From NCBI GenBank assembly GCA_025361285.1, contig JANYAP010000068.1, forward strand, positions 2,696-66,695: a stretch of 64,000 nt of DNA, given 5' to 3'. Below the pieces are notes generated by a model. It searched no databases. It was not told the DNA's origin and was given only the letters and a program-made list of their open reading frames with translations. Shown here in pieces: positions 10,401-19,249 of this stretch. How positions within the stretch are numbered: the first letter of the stretch is position 1; every line of letters starts with the position of its first letter. Source of the stretch: Bacteroidales bacterium. GTDB lineage: Bacteria; Bacteroidota; Bacteroidia; Bacteroidales; JAAUTT01. Position numbers and translations under genes: made by a program.

Positions 10401-12921
10401 GCCGTATGATGTTGGTGTTAAGTCGATTGATAATTTGGTAACACCTTCATGTCAGTTCGGAATAACTGCAAATCCCAATAAAGTTAGCGTTACAGTGCAA
10501 AACTACGGTATTAGAGATGTTCAACAAAACGATACTATAATTATTGGTTTTAAATGTAATAACCAAACTGTAATCGACACCTTTAAATTAAGTAGCTCCA
10601 TACCTATTGGTGGTACTCAGGTTTTTACCATGAAAAAAGCAATCGATATAGTATTGCCACAAGTATATAATATTATGGCTTTTACAATGATTGAAAAGGA
10701 TGTGCATTTTTATAATACCAATAACGATACAGCCAAGTTAACTTTGGTGGTCAATCCAAATCCAGTTGCGGGTATTCCCGACACCCTAAATACCAATCGA
10801 CCACAAAAAGCAATCATTCAAGCCAATCATTCAACCGATTATGATTACGATTGGGTATATCCTAAAACAGCTTATACACAGCATAATCCCGACTATTTGG
10901 AAGTAAAAAATACTGGCTTGGGGCTTCATCTACTTACTGTTACTAATAAAATATCGCTTTGTACAACAGCCGATAGTACTTACGTAAAGCTTTTAATTTC
11001 CGATATTGGTGTAAATAAGGTTATTAGTCCTATTACTAGTTGTGGTTATGGTACAAATATGAACCCAATTGTAATAATTAAAAATTTTGGTACCGATACT
11101 CTTAATATCAACGATACCATACCTCTTAGATTGATATTAGATGGAGGAGCAGAGGTGAAAGACACCCTTTTCCTTTCTAGGAAACTTATCCCTGGCGATA
11201 CCATTCGGGCAACTCTTTCAAAAACATCGTTAAGCTTGGCTAATACTAGTTCTCATACTTTAAGCATATCCACAGCTTACCCCGCCGATACTACATCTAG
11301 CAACGACGAAATTCCTGTTGGTTACCGTAACTTCCAAATTTATGGCTATCCTACTGTAGATCTGGGTCCCGATGTATTTTTACAAAAAGCGAGATACTCC
11401 ATTCGACCCATCGCCAAAAGTGGAGTTACTTCATACAAATGGAGCGATGGTAATACTACCGACTCTATGGTGGTTACTAAATCGGGTAAATACTTTGTTA
11501 CCGTGGCTAATTCAAATGGTTGCGAAACAATTGATTCAGTTACTGTAAGGTTGAAAATACACGATTTAGGCGTTAAGAAGCTTGCGGGTCCTTTAAGTAC
11601 CTGCACTTTGCCTAACGACACTGCCATAAACATGGTGGTTACTAATTTCGGTACCGACACTATATACACAACCGAAACAATACAAATGAGATATAGGATT
11701 AACGATACGGCCTTTTACACCCAACCATGTACTATCCTTAAAGATCTTTGGCCTGGTGATACTCTGATATTTATCTTTAATAAAAAAGTTAACCTTAAAA
11801 AGATTGCCGCCAACAAAATTATGGTTGCTGCTATTTTAACAGGCGATATCCGAACCAGCAACGATAGCATTGTTGAAACTGTTCAAATATTTGGTTTTCC
11901 AAAGCCTGACCTTGGCCCCGACAAGATTGCAACGGCTTTAACACATACTCTCGACCCAGGTATAGGTTATGCGAAATATTTATGGCAGGACGGGTCAACC
12001 GCTTCTACTTATGTAATTTCGCGAGAAAATAACAACAACCCTTCTACTAAATATAAAGTTACAGTAACAGATGTAAATGGATGTTCTGCTAAGGATTCAG
12101 TAAATATATTCTTAAAAGTTTACGATTTGGAAATTACATCCATTGAGGTTGATAATGCTTGCACAAAAACAAATAAGGAAGCTATATCTTTGAAAATAAC
12201 TAATTTGGGAATGAATGCTAATGTGGATAATTATATTGATGTAAAATGCATCATTAACAATAACGATACGCTCATCGCAAATTTTAAGCTGAATTTAGAT
12301 GTAACAAAGTCGTATGTTTATACTTTCTCTAAAAAGGTAAACATGTCGGCTATAGGATCTTATAAAATAAAAGCTAGCTTGACCTACGGTTTCGACGTTG
12401 CACCTACAAACGATACTCTTTCGAAAACTGTAAATGTATATGGTTATCCAGTAATAAGCTTGGCCGATACTGTAAAGGGCACGTTGCCAGTTACTCTCGA
12501 CGCTGGTGCAGGCATTGGATACGCTTATCTTTGGAATACAAACGCAACAACACAAACCATTTTGGCCAATGCCGATGGGTTATATAAGGTAGATGTTACT
12601 TTAGGTGGTATTTGCACATCAACAAAATCGGTAATTGTTAATAATTATACCGGAATAGGGTTGGTTAGCGATAAGGCCGAAATGACAATATACCCCAACC
12701 CAGTGCGCGACATACTAAACATGCAGCTTACACTGAAAAAGACCGAAGATGTAATTGTACAAATATATTCGGCCGATGGTAAAATGCTTATGATGCGACA
12801 ATTAAGCGGATTCACGCAATACCTCGAACAAATTAGCGTAAACGCTTTAAACAGTGGTATATACTACATTCGGGTTTCCTCTAATAATTGGGTAGTTAGC
12901 GAAATGGTGGTTGTGGAATAG
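7462..12921 (+). CDS. giant secreted T9SS cargo protein with MAM / choice-of-anchor-J-like and CARDB-like modules and a type-A Por C-terminal sorting domain
   Basis: Signal peptide present. 'F(S/D)(E/D)NFET...GW' modules occur three times. Modules of about 183 aa repeat ('G(Y/F)P..DLGPD...Y.W.DG.T....V...G.Y.VTV.D.NGC...DSV'). The C-terminus reads 'IYPNPVRDILNMQL...GIYYIRVSS...VVVE'. Confidence 0.8.
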   Translation: MNKTAILILATILLTSFGLAYSQTPTIVQIDTIAIKGMPLQPVLKISINVPNNSYSLKKLVIKSYCEDFLDVDSVAIYRTKYNRFSAADLPDDWSHVALITKRKSISVTDSLVSFSNLSYPLKIGDNFIWIFLDLSKQSIAGHSLKVSIPKDSIIINTSKYPATTTFSNVIPIRQLYFSENFETFNPTSLEPIGWTQDVLYNPANFPGPNWQSKQGGFGSPDVVGSRTPDAAKSGTYNVRLVNPSSQPYIVMLKPNPINLGLSTKPFLTFYHAQVEWDNLSDSLGVYYKLGSTGTWKFLRNYTLATDWKTPWVKRTIVLPDEVINDNFYLGFKGTAQYGWGVCIDSIKIFETGIENRFIKSIVTRHPNLGFVPQSATKNPILRVNVKVKGNQNALILNSLTVTSGNTNDNDISALGVRLYTTSDSVFDLPKQIGTGQTFAAGKVTFGSLNKKIESGDNYFWVTYDVNSNANPFNILDASINAGDMSISGVAGSYPATIQSPAGNRIVKQSVFFDDFETDKLWGLSSQFQRGTPMGKGGANGRSDPSFAYSNSNVIGNDLSFDGDYSTNLTYATADTATSPIIEAKYFKNTQLSFYRWLNVGTQDSAIVEYKYAGESAWRFLWGAKNNSYQESKWTLQEFNSSTIIDRKNLRIRFRLGPTGNFKFSGWNIDYFYVTGDSVKYDIGVSKFISPKSASGLTANEYLKVRVKNTGPKTLSNIPIKASVDGGKHWITNTIAGPILVDDSIDYQFTTATDLSRAGIYDVIVKTAYLLDNYSKNDSVLFKLTSIPTYTLPYKTGFEEDTVFWTSGGVNSSWLHGTPNVGIINSPGEGVKSWKTSNWDNEGYYNLNENSYVESPTFNFTGNVAPIIDFKNAFNTQFKADGAHLEYSINGGGSWLYVPGDTSQFSWPWYNDTVQSLSSKMGWTGLVGGSVQSWQRSKHYFPELYNQANVVFRFVFKSDNPPVISRRAGFAFDDFRLYNAPYDVGVKSIDNLVTPSCQFGITANPNKVSVTVQNYGIRDVQQNDTIIIGFKCNNQTVIDTFKLSSSIPIGGTQVFTMKKAIDIVLPQVYNIMAFTMIEKDVHFYNTNNDTAKLTLVVNPNPVAGIPDTLNTNRPQKAIIQANHSTDYDYDWVYPKTAYTQHNPDYLEVKNTGLGLHLLTVTNKISLCTTADSTYVKLLISDIGVNKVISPITSCGYGTNMNPIVIIKNFGTDTLNINDTIPLRLILDGGAEVKDTLFLSRKLIPGDTIRATLSKTSLSLANTSSHTLSISTAYPADTTSSNDEIPVGYRNFQIYGYPTVDLGPDVFLQKARYSIRPIAKSGVTSYKWSDGNTTDSMVVTKSGKYFVTVANSNGCETIDSVTVRLKIHDLGVKKLAGPLSTCTLPNDTAINMVVTNFGTDTIYTTETIQMRYRINDTAFYTQPCTILKDLWPGDTLIFIFNKKVNLKKIAANKIMVAAILTGDIRTSNDSIVETVQIFGFPKPDLGPDKIATALTHTLDPGIGYAKYLWQDGSTASTYVISRENNNNPSTKYKVTVTDVNGCSAKDSVNIFLKVYDLEITSIEVDNACTKTNKEAISLKITNLGMNANVDNYIDVKCIINNNDTLIANFKLNLDVTKSYVYTFSKKVNMSAIGSYKIKASLTYGFDVAPTNDTLSKTVNVYGYPVISLADTVKGTLPVTLDAGAGIGYAYLWNTNATTQTILANADGLYKVDVTLGGICTSTKSVIVNNYTGIGLVSDKAEMTIYPNPVRDILNMQLTLKKTEDVIVQIYSADGKMLMMRQLSGFTQYLEQISVNALNSGIYYIRVSSNNWVVSEMVVVE

Positions 12922-12925
12922 AAGT

Positions 12926-12966
12926 CCGAAGTCCGAAGTCGGAAAAAGTCCGACTCCTGACTTCGG
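12926..12966. terminator. bidirectional hairpin between convergent genes
   Basis: 18-nt arms CCGAAGTCCGAAGTCGGA and TCCGACTCCTGACTTCGG pair at 16 of 18 positions, with an AAAAG loop. The hairpin is embedded in a heptamer-periodic tract (12921-12987). Confidence 0.65.
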
Positions 12967-12986
12967 TCTTCCGCCTTCCGCCTCCT

Positions 12987-15083
12987 CTACTCCTTACTCA
13001 ATATCTTAAACTCAACGCGGCGGTTAAGCTGACGACCTTTCGAAGTTGTGTTTGGCGAAATAGGCTGTAACGATCCGTAACCCTTCGATACCAGTTGCTC
13101 GCGAGGAATGCTGTGTACAAACAAGTAATCCACAACGGCCTGTGCGCGTAAACCGGAAAGCTTTGTGTTAAGTGCCGCCGATCCAACGTTGTCGGTATGT
13201 CCAGAAATTTCAACCTTAATTTCGTTGTTATCTTGCAGAAAAGTAACTAGTTTGTCTAATTCGGTACTCGAAGCTGGCGTTAATTTTGCTTTGCCCGACT
13301 CGAAGTATATGTTTTTTAGCACTATTTTTGAACCTACCTCTATTTTGGTGAGCGCTACACTTTTCCACATTTCCTTGGAGGCAGGTTTTGCTGGTATGTT
13401 AACTATATCCATGTAAAACATGTAGTCTTTGGCCCGTACTTCTATGCCATAATTTTTCATTTCGGGTATTTTAAGGTCGTAACGCCCTGTTTCCGAAGTA
13501 ATTGTAGTGGCAATTACTTGGCTTCTCTCAATGTCAATCAATTCAATTTTGGCAACAACGGCTGTTTTTCGCTTAACATCGGTAATCATGCCTCTTAAAT
13601 AGAATTCATTTTCAACTTTTGGAGTTTCAATGTTAAGGGGCATTGCTTTTCGAGCAAATATTTCGGCAATTGGCTTATCGAAATATGCGATAAGTTGATC
13701 TTCGGTGCTAAGTATCATTTTTTTCTCTTCGCCCAAATATATCACTTTGTAAATATCAAATCCGCCGTGGGTATCGTTTCTACGAGCCGAATAATAGGCA
13801 ATTTTTGGTATTTCGGTAGGGCGATAAAACAAGTCATCGTCGGGTGTATTAATGGGGTATCCTACATTTTCTGGTTTCATCCAATTGCCAATTGCGTCCA
13901 TCTCGGAGCGGAAAACATCGTAGCCACCCATCCCATTGTGTCCGCAGGAACTAAAATACATTGTTTTGCCATCGGGCGAAAGGCTTACGGCTTCTTCGTT
14001 GTATTTACTGTTTAGCACTGCACCAATATTTGCAGGCGAATCCCATCGTCCTTTTTTGTTTTTGCGGGCGAAATAAATATCCTTGCCCCCAAAACTTTCA
14101 TCCTGATCGTTGCTCACGAAATAAATTGTATTCCCATCCTTCGTAACGCTTATTGAGGTTTCGGAAAAATCGGTGTTAAATTTTCGTCCAAGTTTCTTAG
14201 GATTAGACCATTTACCTTTTTTGAAGTTTGAAACTAGAATGTCGCCGTTATGGCGATAGCCATCGAATAGGTAACGAGTATTGCCATCGGTTGAAACCCA
14301 AACAATTGCGTCGTTTCGTTTTGTGTTAAAGTTATCGTCCTCTAAAAATTTCGCTTTCTGCCAATCGGTATTTTTTTTATAGGCAACGTAAATATCTTCG
14401 TCGTACATGTTTAACAGTTTGTCTGGTCGTGGTCGTTTTCCCGATGGTCGTCGCGATGTGAAGTACATCATCGAATCGTTATGTATAACCAACGAGTTGT
14501 AATCGTCGAAAGATGAGTTTATTGAATCGCCCAAATTAATAAATACAGCCCTATTTGGTTTTTTAACCATATCAATACCTGTTTTACATTCCTGTATGCT
14601 TTTAAAAACTTGTTCGGCATATTTTTTTTGCTCGCGAAGTTTAAGCATTTTGTAAAACTCGGTATATTTTTCAACAGCCTTATCGAATTCTAAATTGTAT
14701 TGATATGCCTTTCCGAGAAGAAGCAACCCGTCCTTATGTATTGTTGAGTCCTTATTATACGATGCTTTTAAATAGTCGATAGCCTTATGCTTTTGATCGG
14801 AGCGTAAATAACACAAGGCAATTTTCATGTTAAGTTCGGCACAATTATTATTATAATCGTAGGCTTTTTTATAACTTTCAATAGCTTTAGGTATAGCACC
14901 TTTCCCTTTACGAACCCATTTGTCGCCATCAGCAACATTTTGCATGGCTTCGAGCAATCCCTCGTTTGTAACTTTAAGAGACGATCGGGGAATCCTAATA
15001 TTGTTCTGAGCACTAACATAACTATATGTAAAGCATTGAAAAACAATTGCTAATAAGATGATTCGAATGTTTATGATACTCAT
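12987..15083 (-). CDS. OmpA-family outer-membrane/peptidoglycan-associated protein with TPR, TolB-like beta-propeller and CarboxypepD_reg-like regions
   Basis: Signal peptide present. C-terminal OmpA motif 'ISGHTDNVGSAALNTKLSGLRAQAV..NRRVEF'. Contains repeated 'YF.S.R..G.GG.DIY'-type PD40 motifs. Confidence 0.8.
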   Translation of the reverse strand: MSIINIRIILLAIVFQCFTYSYVSAQNNIRIPRSSLKVTNEGLLEAMQNVADGDKWVRKGKGAIPKAIESYKKAYDYNNNCAELNMKIALCYLRSDQKHKAIDYLKASYNKDSTIHKDGLLLLGKAYQYNLEFDKAVEKYTEFYKMLKLREQKKYAEQVFKSIQECKTGIDMVKKPNRAVFINLGDSINSSFDDYNSLVIHNDSMMYFTSRRPSGKRPRPDKLLNMYDEDIYVAYKKNTDWQKAKFLEDDNFNTKRNDAIVWVSTDGNTRYLFDGYRHNGDILVSNFKKGKWSNPKKLGRKFNTDFSETSISVTKDGNTIYFVSNDQDESFGGKDIYFARKNKKGRWDSPANIGAVLNSKYNEEAVSLSPDGKTMYFSSCGHNGMGGYDVFRSEMDAIGNWMKPENVGYPINTPDDDLFYRPTEIPKIAYYSARRNDTHGGFDIYKVIYLGEEKKMILSTEDQLIAYFDKPIAEIFARKAMPLNIETPKVENEFYLRGMITDVKRKTAVVAKIELIDIERSQVIATTITSETGRYDLKIPEMKNYGIEVRAKDYMFYMDIVNIPAKPASKEMWKSVALTKIEVGSKIVLKNIYFESGKAKLTPASSTELDKLVTFLQDNNEIKVEISGHTDNVGSAALNTKLSGLRAQAVVDYLFVHSIPREQLVSKGYGSLQPISPNTTSKGRQLNRRVEFKILSKE

Positions 15084-15106
15084 TATAATAATTTTAAGGA
15101 TTAGGT

Positions 15107-16162
15107 TTATTTATATTCGTTCAGGTAATCGGTAGCTTGCTTGTTTCCGAGCTTGGCGGCTGATTGCCAGTCGGTATATGCACCCTTTAGGTCTCCCGAC
15201 GATTCTTTTAAGCTGCCACGGTTTACATAAGCTGTTCCGAATTGACTGTTTAACTCAATGGCTTTATTGAAGTTGGCGAGCGCCGATTTAGCATCCTTTT
15301 CATCGAGTTGTGCAGCACCTAGGTTATTAAGCGCCGATAGATAGTCGGGACGAATAGAGAGTGCTTTGGTGAAATCGTTGATAGCACTTTGCTTATCGCC
15401 CGAAAAATAATATGCCTGTCCACGATTATTAAACGCTAAATAGAAATCGGGGTTAAGCTCTGTAGCTTTTGTAAATGAGGCTATTGCTGCTTTATAATCG
15501 GCTTGTTCGAGTTTCACAACCCCTAAATTGTTGTATGCCAGTACAAATTTAGGTTGAAGCTGAATAGCTTTTTCGTAATCGGCTTGAGCACCAGCATAAT
15601 CCTTCATTTTTAATTTCGAGCTTGCTCTGTCGTGGTAGGCATAGGCAAAGTTACTTCGTTTATCGATAGCATTAGTAAAATCGAGGTTTGCGCCGCTATA
15701 ATCCTCTTTTACCATTTTTACAACTCCTCTATGATAATAGGCAATTGGTTCAGTATAATTGTTTGTTATTGCAGCGTTAAAGTCGAGCAAAGCATCGTCG
15801 TATTTATTCTGAAGGAAGGATATGTAGCCTTTTTCATAATACGCTTCGCCTTCTTTATTATTTAGTTGCAAGCATTTATTAAAATCGGCGAGAGCCAGTT
15901 CTTTTTTATCTAATTGTAAAAGTACCTTTCCGCGTTCGAGATAGCCAATTGCGAAACCAGAATCGGCACTAATTACCTGATTTAAATACGTTTGAGCCTT
16001 CGAATAATTCACCGCCTTAATGCTTTGCAAAGCGTCGTTATACAGTTTTTTCACCCTGTTTTTACTTTCGTAGGTGGCATCGCTAATGGGTTCTGCTGTA
16101 GTTTGAGTATAGCCTGAAAGAGAAAATAGCGCAAAGAAAATAAGTGCAGTAAGTTTTTTCAT
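15107..16162 (-). CDS. secreted tetratricopeptide-repeat protein
   Basis: Signal peptide 'MKKLTALIFFALFSLSGYTQ' followed by about 8 consecutive 34-aa TPR units ('A..Y...A..L.P....AY.N.G'). Confidence 0.8.
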   Translation of the reverse strand: MKKLTALIFFALFSLSGYTQTTAEPISDATYESKNRVKKLYNDALQSIKAVNYSKAQTYLNQVISADSGFAIGYLERGKVLLQLDKKELALADFNKCLQLNNKEGEAYYEKGYISFLQNKYDDALLDFNAAITNNYTEPIAYYHRGVVKMVKEDYSGANLDFTNAIDKRSNFAYAYHDRASSKLKMKDYAGAQADYEKAIQLQPKFVLAYNNLGVVKLEQADYKAAIASFTKATELNPDFYLAFNNRGQAYYFSGDKQSAINDFTKALSIRPDYLSALNNLGAAQLDEKDAKSALANFNKAIELNSQFGTAYVNRGSLKESSGDLKGAYTDWQSAAKLGNKQATDYLNEYK

Positions 16163-16318
16163 ATAGTTTTTATTAACAAAGATATTAGGAATTTAAGAAT
16201 CGCTAAGATGTTCCTTTGATAAGATTACGTAAATCTTTGCGATATAAAAAATAAAATTATAAAAAAATCAAATATATCAAACCATTTGTTCATTTATATA
16301 ATTTTTGGATGTATATTT

Positions 16319-16342
16319 AAAATCGATTTTAAAATCGATTTT
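16319..16342. promoter_or_regulatory. two tandem 12-bp perfect palindromes AAAATCGATTTT abutting the Hpt start codon
   Basis: Read directly at 16319-16330 and 16331-16342. The ATG is at 16343. Confidence 0.35.
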
Positions 16343-16684
16343 ATGATTACAGATTTAACATATTTGAAGAACATGTCGGGTGGAGATACCGAAATTATTA
16401 AGGAAATGATTGAAATCTTCAACGAACAAGCTCAAGAGTACATGGTAGAAATGCCACGACTTCTTACCGAAAAAAATTATCATTTGCTTGGCAAATTGGC
16501 GCATAAAGCAAAATCGTCAATTTCAATTATGGGTATGAGTGATGTAGCTGCCGACTTAAAAACCCTTGAATTACTTACAAAGAATAATGAAGAAACGGAT
16601 AGATATCAGAAAATTGTCGATAACTTTGTGTCGCAAAGCAAAATAGCAATAGTTGAATTAACAGATATAGCAACTAAGTTATAA
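16343..16684 (+). CDS. stand-alone Hpt (histidine phosphotransfer) domain protein
   Basis: 113 aa, all-helical. 'LGKLAHKAKSSISIMGM' matches the Hpt H-x-x-K-G/S motif. I chose the ATG start rather than the upstream TTG given in the ORF track. Confidence 0.7.
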   Translation: MITDLTYLKNMSGGDTEIIKEMIEIFNEQAQEYMVEMPRLLTEKNYHLLGKLAHKAKSSISIMGMSDVAADLKTLELLTKNNEETDRYQKIVDNFVSQSKIAIVELTDIATKL

Positions 16685-16736
16685 AGTGCTAATCAACAAA
16701 TCGTTTCAATAATTTACCCTAAAAAATGTATTTACC

Positions 16737-17078
16737 ATGTTGAAGGTTGAACAAATTAATAACATTTATGTAGCTTCGTTCGAAAACATTTCGAGGTTTA
16801 ATGCATTGATAACCGAGCCTGTAAAAGAACAATTAAACAATTTGTTTAATAAACCGAATACCCGACTGATTTTGAACCTCGACGGTATTAGTTTTATTGA
16901 TAGCTCTGGATTCGGTGTTTTTTTGTCGGTTATGAAAACGGCAAGTATTAATTACGGTCATTTTAAAATATGCAATATTAACCGCGAGGTAATGGATTTG
17001 TTTAAGCTGCTACAGTTACACAATGTGTTTGAGATATATAGCAATCTCGATGATTGTGTTAATAGCTACAATAGCTAA
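16737..17078 (+). CDS. STAS-domain anti-sigma-factor antagonist (SpoIIAA/RsbV-like)
   Basis: 113 aa. 'LNLDGISFIDSSGFGVFLS' carries the conserved phosphorylatable Ser in the DSSG motif. Confidence 0.8.
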   Translation: MLKVEQINNIYVASFENISRFNALITEPVKEQLNNLFNKPNTRLILNLDGISFIDSSGFGVFLSVMKTASINYGHFKICNINREVMDLFKLLQLHNVFEIYSNLDDCVNSYNS

Positions 17079-17085
17079 TAAATAT

Positions 17086-17113
17086 ATCCCGAATGTAAAC
17101 TTCGGGATTTTTT
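17086..17113 (+). terminator. rho-independent terminator after the STAS gene
   Basis: Stem ATCCCGAA / TTCGGGAT, 7-nt loop, then TTTTT. Confidence 0.7.
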
Positions 17114-17213
17114 CTTTTAGCATTAATTACGTGCAAAATATTTATTTGTTGGGTTACACAATTTAGCTATATATAATGCCGTTAATTAATTTAAATATTT
17201 AACTGTGTTGCCT

Positions 17214-17399
17214 ATGCAAAAATGTTCTACTCTAGTTTATTTGGTTGACAATCGTAATTTATTTTCATCGGAATGTATCGACATTAGCGCATTCCACAGC
17301 GAAACAGATATAGTTATTAATAGGTTATTCAATAATGTTGAATTTGCTATTCCTAACGACATTGTTTCCAAAACGTTGAAACGTGTCAACGCAAGCTAA
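17214..17399 (+). CDS. possible small protein (61 aa) or non-coding transcript
   Basis: A short ORF lying exactly between two good terminators. I recognise no family. Confidence 0.25.
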   Translation: MQKCSTLVYLVDNRNLFSSECIDISAFHSETDIVINRLFNNVEFAIPNDIVSKTLKRVNAS

Positions 17400-17425
17400 T
17401 TCATTTGGTTGATTGATTGGTTTTG

Positions 17426-17456
17426 AAGCTATCTTGAGAAAGATAGCTTTTTTTTT
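17426..17456 (+). terminator. rho-independent terminator
   Basis: Stem AAGCTATCT / AGATAGCTT, 6-nt loop, then a long T-run. Confidence 0.7.
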
Positions 17457-17472
17457 GATATTGACAATTTAA

Positions 17473-17480
17473 TATATTTG
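17473..17480 (+). promoter_or_regulatory. Bacteroidota -7 promoter box TATATTTG (TAnnTTTG)
   Basis: Exact match to the consensus, about 100 nt upstream of the DUF4139 gene start. Confidence 0.3.
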
Positions 17481-17578
17481 TAGTTAATTTTTATTTTTGA
17501 GGTGTATAATCAATTTACACCTCAAAAATGAATTTACAAATTTTTCATTGTATATACCTTATTAAAATACTAATAAAT

Positions 17579-19201
17579 ATGAAAAAACTAATAATTACCT
17601 TATTTACAGCACTTCACACGTTTTTGTTAACTTACTCGCAGAACACACCATTGCCTGTAACCTCGCAAATTAAGGAAATAACCGTTTTTGCAAGTGGAGC
17701 GCAAGTAACTCGCAATGGGTCGGTATCGTTAAAATCTGGTAATCAGCAGTTAGTATTCGAAAATCTTCCGCAATCTATTAATGCTCAAAGTATTCAAGTT
17801 TCCGGCAAAGGTAATTTTACTATATTATCGGTTAATAATCAGATTAATTATCTAAAACCTCAGCAAAAGTCGAAAGAAATTTTAACGTTGGAAGATTCGC
17901 TGGAAACACTTCAAAATAAGCTTAATGCAAACAGTGCATCGTTAGAGATTTTAAAGGACGAGGAATCGCTTCTCAAAGCTAATCAATCATTGGGAGGTTC
18001 GCAAACTGGCGTAAAGGTGGACGAGCTGAAAGCCGCCGTGGACTTGTTTCGCACTTACTTAAACGACATAAAAACAAAATCGCTTAAGCTATTGGCCAAC
18101 AACAAACGCCTTAACTATCTTATAAATAATGTTAATAACCAGTTAACTCAACTTCGCAATAAAACAAATACGCCTACCAGCGAGGTAGTGGTTACGGTGT
18201 TAGCTCCGATGCCTGTAAAAGCACAATTAACGCTTTCGTATTTGGTGTCCGAAGCCTCATGGATTGCTGCTTACGATGTGCGTGCAACCGATGTTGACAA
18301 GCCAGTTGAGTTAACTTACAAAGCAAAAGTTTCGCAGTCGTCGGGCGAAAGCTGGGATAATGTAAAACTTACCCTTTCTACTGGCAATCCAGCAGTTAGC
18401 GGCAGTTCGCCTGAACTTTACCCATGGTATCTCACTATTATTGAGCCACAACCAATATCTCGATTAAAATCGAAGAGAGCCGAAGTTAGTTCTGCATCAC
18501 CAATGGCAGTTGATAAGGTTATGGAAGAAGATATGTACGAATTAAACGAAGTAGCCACAACCTCGCAACTCTATACAGAGATTAAAATGAATCAAACTTC
18601 AACCGAATTTGCTATCGACCTTCCTTACAACATTCTTACTGATGGAAAACAGTACACCGTTGAGGTTAAGTCGTTTACGCTTTCGGCAACATACCAATAT
18701 TATTGCGTGCCAAAAATTGATACCGATGTATTTTTACTTGCTAAAATTACTGGTTGGGAGGACTTGAACCTAGTGTCGGGCGAAACAAGTTTATTTTTCG
18801 AAGGCACATATGTGGGTGCGGCTTATATCGACACTCAAAACACTAAGGATACCATGAATGTTTCGCTGGGGCGCGATAAAAGCATTGTAGTTACCCGAAC
18901 TCGCCAAAATGACTTTACCTCGAAAAAACTTATCGGTTCCACCCGAAAGGACACACGCTCATTCGAAATTACAGCTCGCAACACGAAGAAAAAGCCAATA
19001 AACATAATTATTGACGATCAGATACCAATTTCAACTACCAAAGAAATTGAAGTTGAATCGACCAATATTGTAGGCGGAACTCTCGATAAGGCTACGGGAA
19101 AAATATCGTACCGAATACAATTGCAGCCTGCCGAAAGTAAATCATTTATAAATAGTTATACTATTAGTTATCCCAAAGGTAAAACGGTAGTGCTAGAATA
19201 A
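17579..19201 (+). CDS. DUF4139/DUF4140 (MuiA-like) secreted protein
   Basis: Signal peptide 'MKKLIITLFTALHTFLLTYSQ', a central coiled coil and a beta-rich C-terminus. Family call is from memory. Start moved to the second ATG. Confidence 0.6.
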   Translation: MKKLIITLFTALHTFLLTYSQNTPLPVTSQIKEITVFASGAQVTRNGSVSLKSGNQQLVFENLPQSINAQSIQVSGKGNFTILSVNNQINYLKPQQKSKEILTLEDSLETLQNKLNANSASLEILKDEESLLKANQSLGGSQTGVKVDELKAAVDLFRTYLNDIKTKSLKLLANNKRLNYLINNVNNQLTQLRNKTNTPTSEVVVTVLAPMPVKAQLTLSYLVSEASWIAAYDVRATDVDKPVELTYKAKVSQSSGESWDNVKLTLSTGNPAVSGSSPELYPWYLTIIEPQPISRLKSKRAEVSSASPMAVDKVMEEDMYELNEVATTSQLYTEIKMNQTSTEFAIDLPYNILTDGKQYTVEVKSFTLSATYQYYCVPKIDTDVFLLAKITGWEDLNLVSGETSLFFEGTYVGAAYIDTQNTKDTMNVSLGRDKSIVVTRTRQNDFTSKKLIGSTRKDTRSFEITARNTKKKPINIIIDDQIPISTTKEIEVESTNIVGGTLDKATGKISYRIQLQPAESKSFINSYTISYPKGKTVVLE

Positions 19202-19249
19202 AGAGCTGAATTAAATAAGGAAAGAATTAAAGAATTATTTATATGTATC

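Noticed and set aside
16286-16342. TTG-initiated N-terminal extension of the Hpt ORF ('MFIYIIFGCIFKIDFKIDF')
   Set aside because: The extension is the translation of the tandem AAAATCGATTTT palindromes. The ATG at 16343 gives a normal Hpt length.
17528-17578. Upstream ATG of the DUF4139 ORF
   Set aside because: The extra 17 aa precede a typical signal peptide that starts at the second Met. The first ATG lies at the 3' edge of a hairpin (17494-17528).
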